Below, piece after piece: positions 60,764 through 64,000 of a stretch of DNA of 64,000 bases (the stretch's first letter is position 1; each line of letters opens with the position of its first letter). The stretch spans positions 1 through 64,000 of the forward strand of contig JAUCBJ010002425.1 in NCBI GenBank assembly GCA_032718475.1, given 5' to 3'. The notes below the pieces were generated by a model. It was not told where the DNA came from and searched no databases. It saw only the letters and a program-made list of their open reading frames with translations. The position numbers and the translations under genes were made by a program. The DNA is from Nemertoderma westbladi. Taxonomy: Eukaryota > Animalia > Xenacoelomorpha.

Positions 60764-62259
60764 ACAAGAAGTGGGGCCTTCGCGCAGCACGTGACTTAAA
60801 TTTAATTTAAGTACTAATTCGAAAGTATTACTGTATTAGCAAATTTTAAGCAGATTTCGCCTAATCACTTTTTACCTCTTTCATTTCTATTCAGACATTT
60901 CTGACTCTAGCGGTATAGTGAGAACTGAAGATGGATTAGGGTCTCCAGCCCCACAAAGACACAGCCTATGGATGAATAGTACATACGTACATCGGCCAAG
61001 TTTCATCTTGAATAACGGATAACGAAATGAGAGACGGATCTCACTTTCAGAAATTTCGTCGTATAGCGGCAGACCGATTAAATCTCCCCCCCCCCCCCCC
61101 CCCCACAAAGACGCAGCATGTGGTCCAGAATATATGGCAAGATTCAGCTTAAACTGATTAAAATCAATGAGACGGGAGAATCTATTCACTTTCAGGCATA
61201 AAGTAGTCCTATAGCGGGTGACTGTTGAACTGATTTTCAACAAAACAAATTTTCAACTTGGCAGCTTTAAATTCGACAAAGTTATAAGCATGTCAATATC
61301 ATAACGACGACAACGATTTCACTTTCAGACTTTTGGCCCTCTAGCGGCAGACTGGAGAACTGCAGATGGATTCGCCTCCTTTGAAAGTCACAGCTAATGG
61401 TCTAATACATATCTGCCAAGTTTCAGCTTAAACGGATTAAAAGCAAAGAAATGGGAGGGCATTTAATGCTTAGACATGTGGCCCTCTAGCGGGAGACCAT
61501 TGCACTGATGGTGTCTGAAAGTCTCTCAAAAATCTCAACTTTTGCTCATATTGATACCTACAAATTTTCAACTTGGCAGCTTTAAATCCGACAAAGTTAT
61601 TAGCATGTCAAAATCGTAACGACGACAACGATTTCACTTTCAGACCTTTGGCCCTCTAGCGGCAGACTGGAGAACTGCAGATGGATTCGCCTCCTTTGAA
61701 ATTCACAGCTAATGGTCTAATACATATCTGCCAAGTTTCAGCTTAAACGGATTAAAAGCAAAGAAATGGGAGGGCATTTAATGTTTAGACATGTGGCCCT
61801 CTAGCGGGAGACCATTGCACTGATGGTGTCTGAAAGTCTCTCAAAAATCTCAACTTTTGCTCATATTGATACCTACAAATTTTCAACTTGGCAGCTTTAA
61901 ATCCGACAAAGTTATTAGCATGTCAAAATCGTAACGACGACAACGATTTCACTTTCAGACCTTTGGCCCTCTAGCGGCAGACTGGAGAACTGCAGATGGA
62001 TTCGCCTCCTTTGAAATTCACAGCTAATGGTCTAATACATATCTGCCAAGTTTCAGCTTAAACGGATTAAAAGCAAAGAAATGGGAGGGCATTTAATGTT
62101 TAGACATGTGGCCCTCTAGCGGGAGACCATTGCACTGATGGTGTCTGAAAGTCTCTCAAAAATCTCAACTTTTGCTCATATTGATACCTACAAATTTTCA
62201 ACTTGGCAGCTTTAAATCCGACAAAGTTATTAGCATGTCAAAATCGTAACGACGACGAC

Positions 62260-62291
<32 letters not shown>

Positions 62292-62388
62292 CAACGACGA
62301 CGACGACGACAACTATTTGCATAAATTGACCCACCCCCTAACAGTGTCAATTCGCTAAGGCTCCGCCAACTTCGTGGCTCGCCCCACA
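60764..62388 (-). mobile_element. TGTGGGGC-family element with (GTC)n microsatellite and 315-bp central tandem repeats, nested in a related element starting at 62451
   Basis: Minus-strand start TGTGGGGCGAGCCACGAAG and end GAAGGCCCCACTTCTTGT; repeat units begin at 61246, 61561, 61876 and 62191. Confidence 0.85.
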
Positions 62389-62853
62389 AACAAATTGATA
62401 TAGTGGTACTCGCATGTTAAGCGAGCTTAGCTTGCGATAACTCGCCCCACATACCGGAATTATTGTTGGAATTATTGTTTTTTAGTTGCCATGGCAACTA
62501 GAAACTGAAAAATGGTGCATATTGTTCCTTATGCTTGATATATTGGGGGTGGTTTTTACTTCAAGGTGTACTAAATAACAGGTCAGAGCAGCGAGCGGAT
62601 TGCTGAAATTAGCGTGAGGCCGATCTTTTCCCTATTTATGGCACTTTATTCATAATATTTCCTTAGAAACTTCTTTTATGCTACTTTTGTTAGGTGGATA
62701 TGATGACTAGGGTTCATAGAAATGTAATAAAATGTCTTTCTGGAATTTTTATCATGTTGTTGCCAAGGTAACCGGGTGCAAAGTTCAAACTGTGCGCGCC
62801 TGTATTTCAAGGCAGCGAGGGATTCTGTTCCTTGAGATTTGGTAGGTGATTAA

Positions 62854-63926
62854 CACGTTAGCTGCGGCTCCGAAACCACTGGTTCTTTGTTACTGCGGAT
62901 TGTGCACCGGTGAACAACCATGTGCTGTTCCATGACTGCGGCAGGATTTGAGGCTTGGCGTTTAGTTAGTGCGGATTGTGCACCGGTGAACATTCCTGTG
63001 CAGTTCCTCAACTGCGGATTGTGCGCCGGTGCTCAACAAATTACTTTTTGTTAATTACATTTTGCGGGAATGCCTTTGGGCACCGGTGCTCAAATTCACT
63101 ATCATTGTATTTATAAAACAATGGAGAACCACCATAGAAAAAACCGCATCTCAATAGCTCCGTCCAGTCCAGAGATAGTGGTTTGAATTTCATCAAAATT
63201 TTATATATTTTTTATGATTTTACTCTTACAGGGTTAACAATTTTCAAAACTGTACCAATAATTAATTATCCCATCACATTAGTAAATGACTTTTGGCCAC
63301 TTTCGAAATTTCAGGGGGTAACCCCATAGTAGATAATGTCTGCAGTTTAACGCCACCCCCCCCCCCCCCCCCCCCACCATCAATTATTTGGGTTTTAAAA
63401 ACATTTATAAAGTAAAACAATATAAAATAACATTGTTATTGTTACAAGCACATTTGCTCATGCAATATAAATTAATACATGAAAAGTAAACAGTAAACAG
63501 TTATTGCTTAACTAACAATGAACTAAATCAAATAGGCCTAATAGCTACTATGCTACAGTAGAGCATTTTAAAAATCCCGCCATATTTATATAAGTGGAAA
63601 TATTGAGCACCGGCGCTCAATCCGCACTGGCACTTGTGTAGTGCGGATTGTGCACCGGTGCACAAACCCAAAAAAATATATATATGAGTCATACAAAGGT
63701 CACAGATACCGAATATGACAACAGCTGATGTATTTGAGCACCGGTGCTCAACTTATAGCCTCCGCACTAAGGGCTAACCAAGCCAAAATAGCTCCGCACT
63801 ATCAGGGTTGCACAGGTCATGTTCACCGGTGCTCAATCCGCAGTAAGAAGTTGACAGGGAGTAAAACCTGCCGCAGTAAAGTTAAAACACGAATTGTGCA
63901 CCGGTGCTCAATCCGCAGCTAACGTG
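62854..63926. mobile_element. piggyBac-like MITE
   Basis: TTAA on both sides (62850-62853, 63927-63930); TIR CACGTTAGCTGCGG; opposed subterminal TGCGGATTGTGCACCGGTG repeats. Confidence 0.88.
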
Positions 63927-64000
63927 TTAAAGGAAATAAAAGTATATCAAAATATTTTACATTTGAATCTGTTTACATTCCCGTTGCCATGGAAATAAGT

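Noticed and set aside
62198-62389. Poly-Arg ORF
   Set aside because: Translation of a (GTC)n microsatellite.

Overview
AT-rich, repeat-dense animal (probably invertebrate) genomic DNA. Host genes: an intronless PIGG running off the left edge (minus), an intronless CYP2-clan P450 (minus), and a 14-exon RFX4 (30551->19774, minus; 736 aa, all splice phases checked by hand). The last intron of RFX4 holds an antisense single-exon orphan ORF preceded by an X-box. There is also an intronless Sororin-like gene, and MED22 is followed only 16 nt after its stop codon by the start of GTF3C1 (candidate bicistron/operon). Mobile DNA: a very young full-length BEL/Pao LTR retrotransposon (GAAGT TSD) whose PBS position is complementary to its own LTR; a TGTGGGGC...CCCCAC family of non-autonomous elements found at TGT sites; MITEs resembling hAT, MULE/Merlin, piggyBac and IS3EU; RTE and Harbinger relics; and a tRNA-SINE with a 3.5-kb internal 63-bp minisatellite. 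Three hammerhead-ribozyme loci are present, two of them fused to tRNA-like Pol III promoters inside inverted repeats. All calls come from reading the sequence by eye; no database searches were run.
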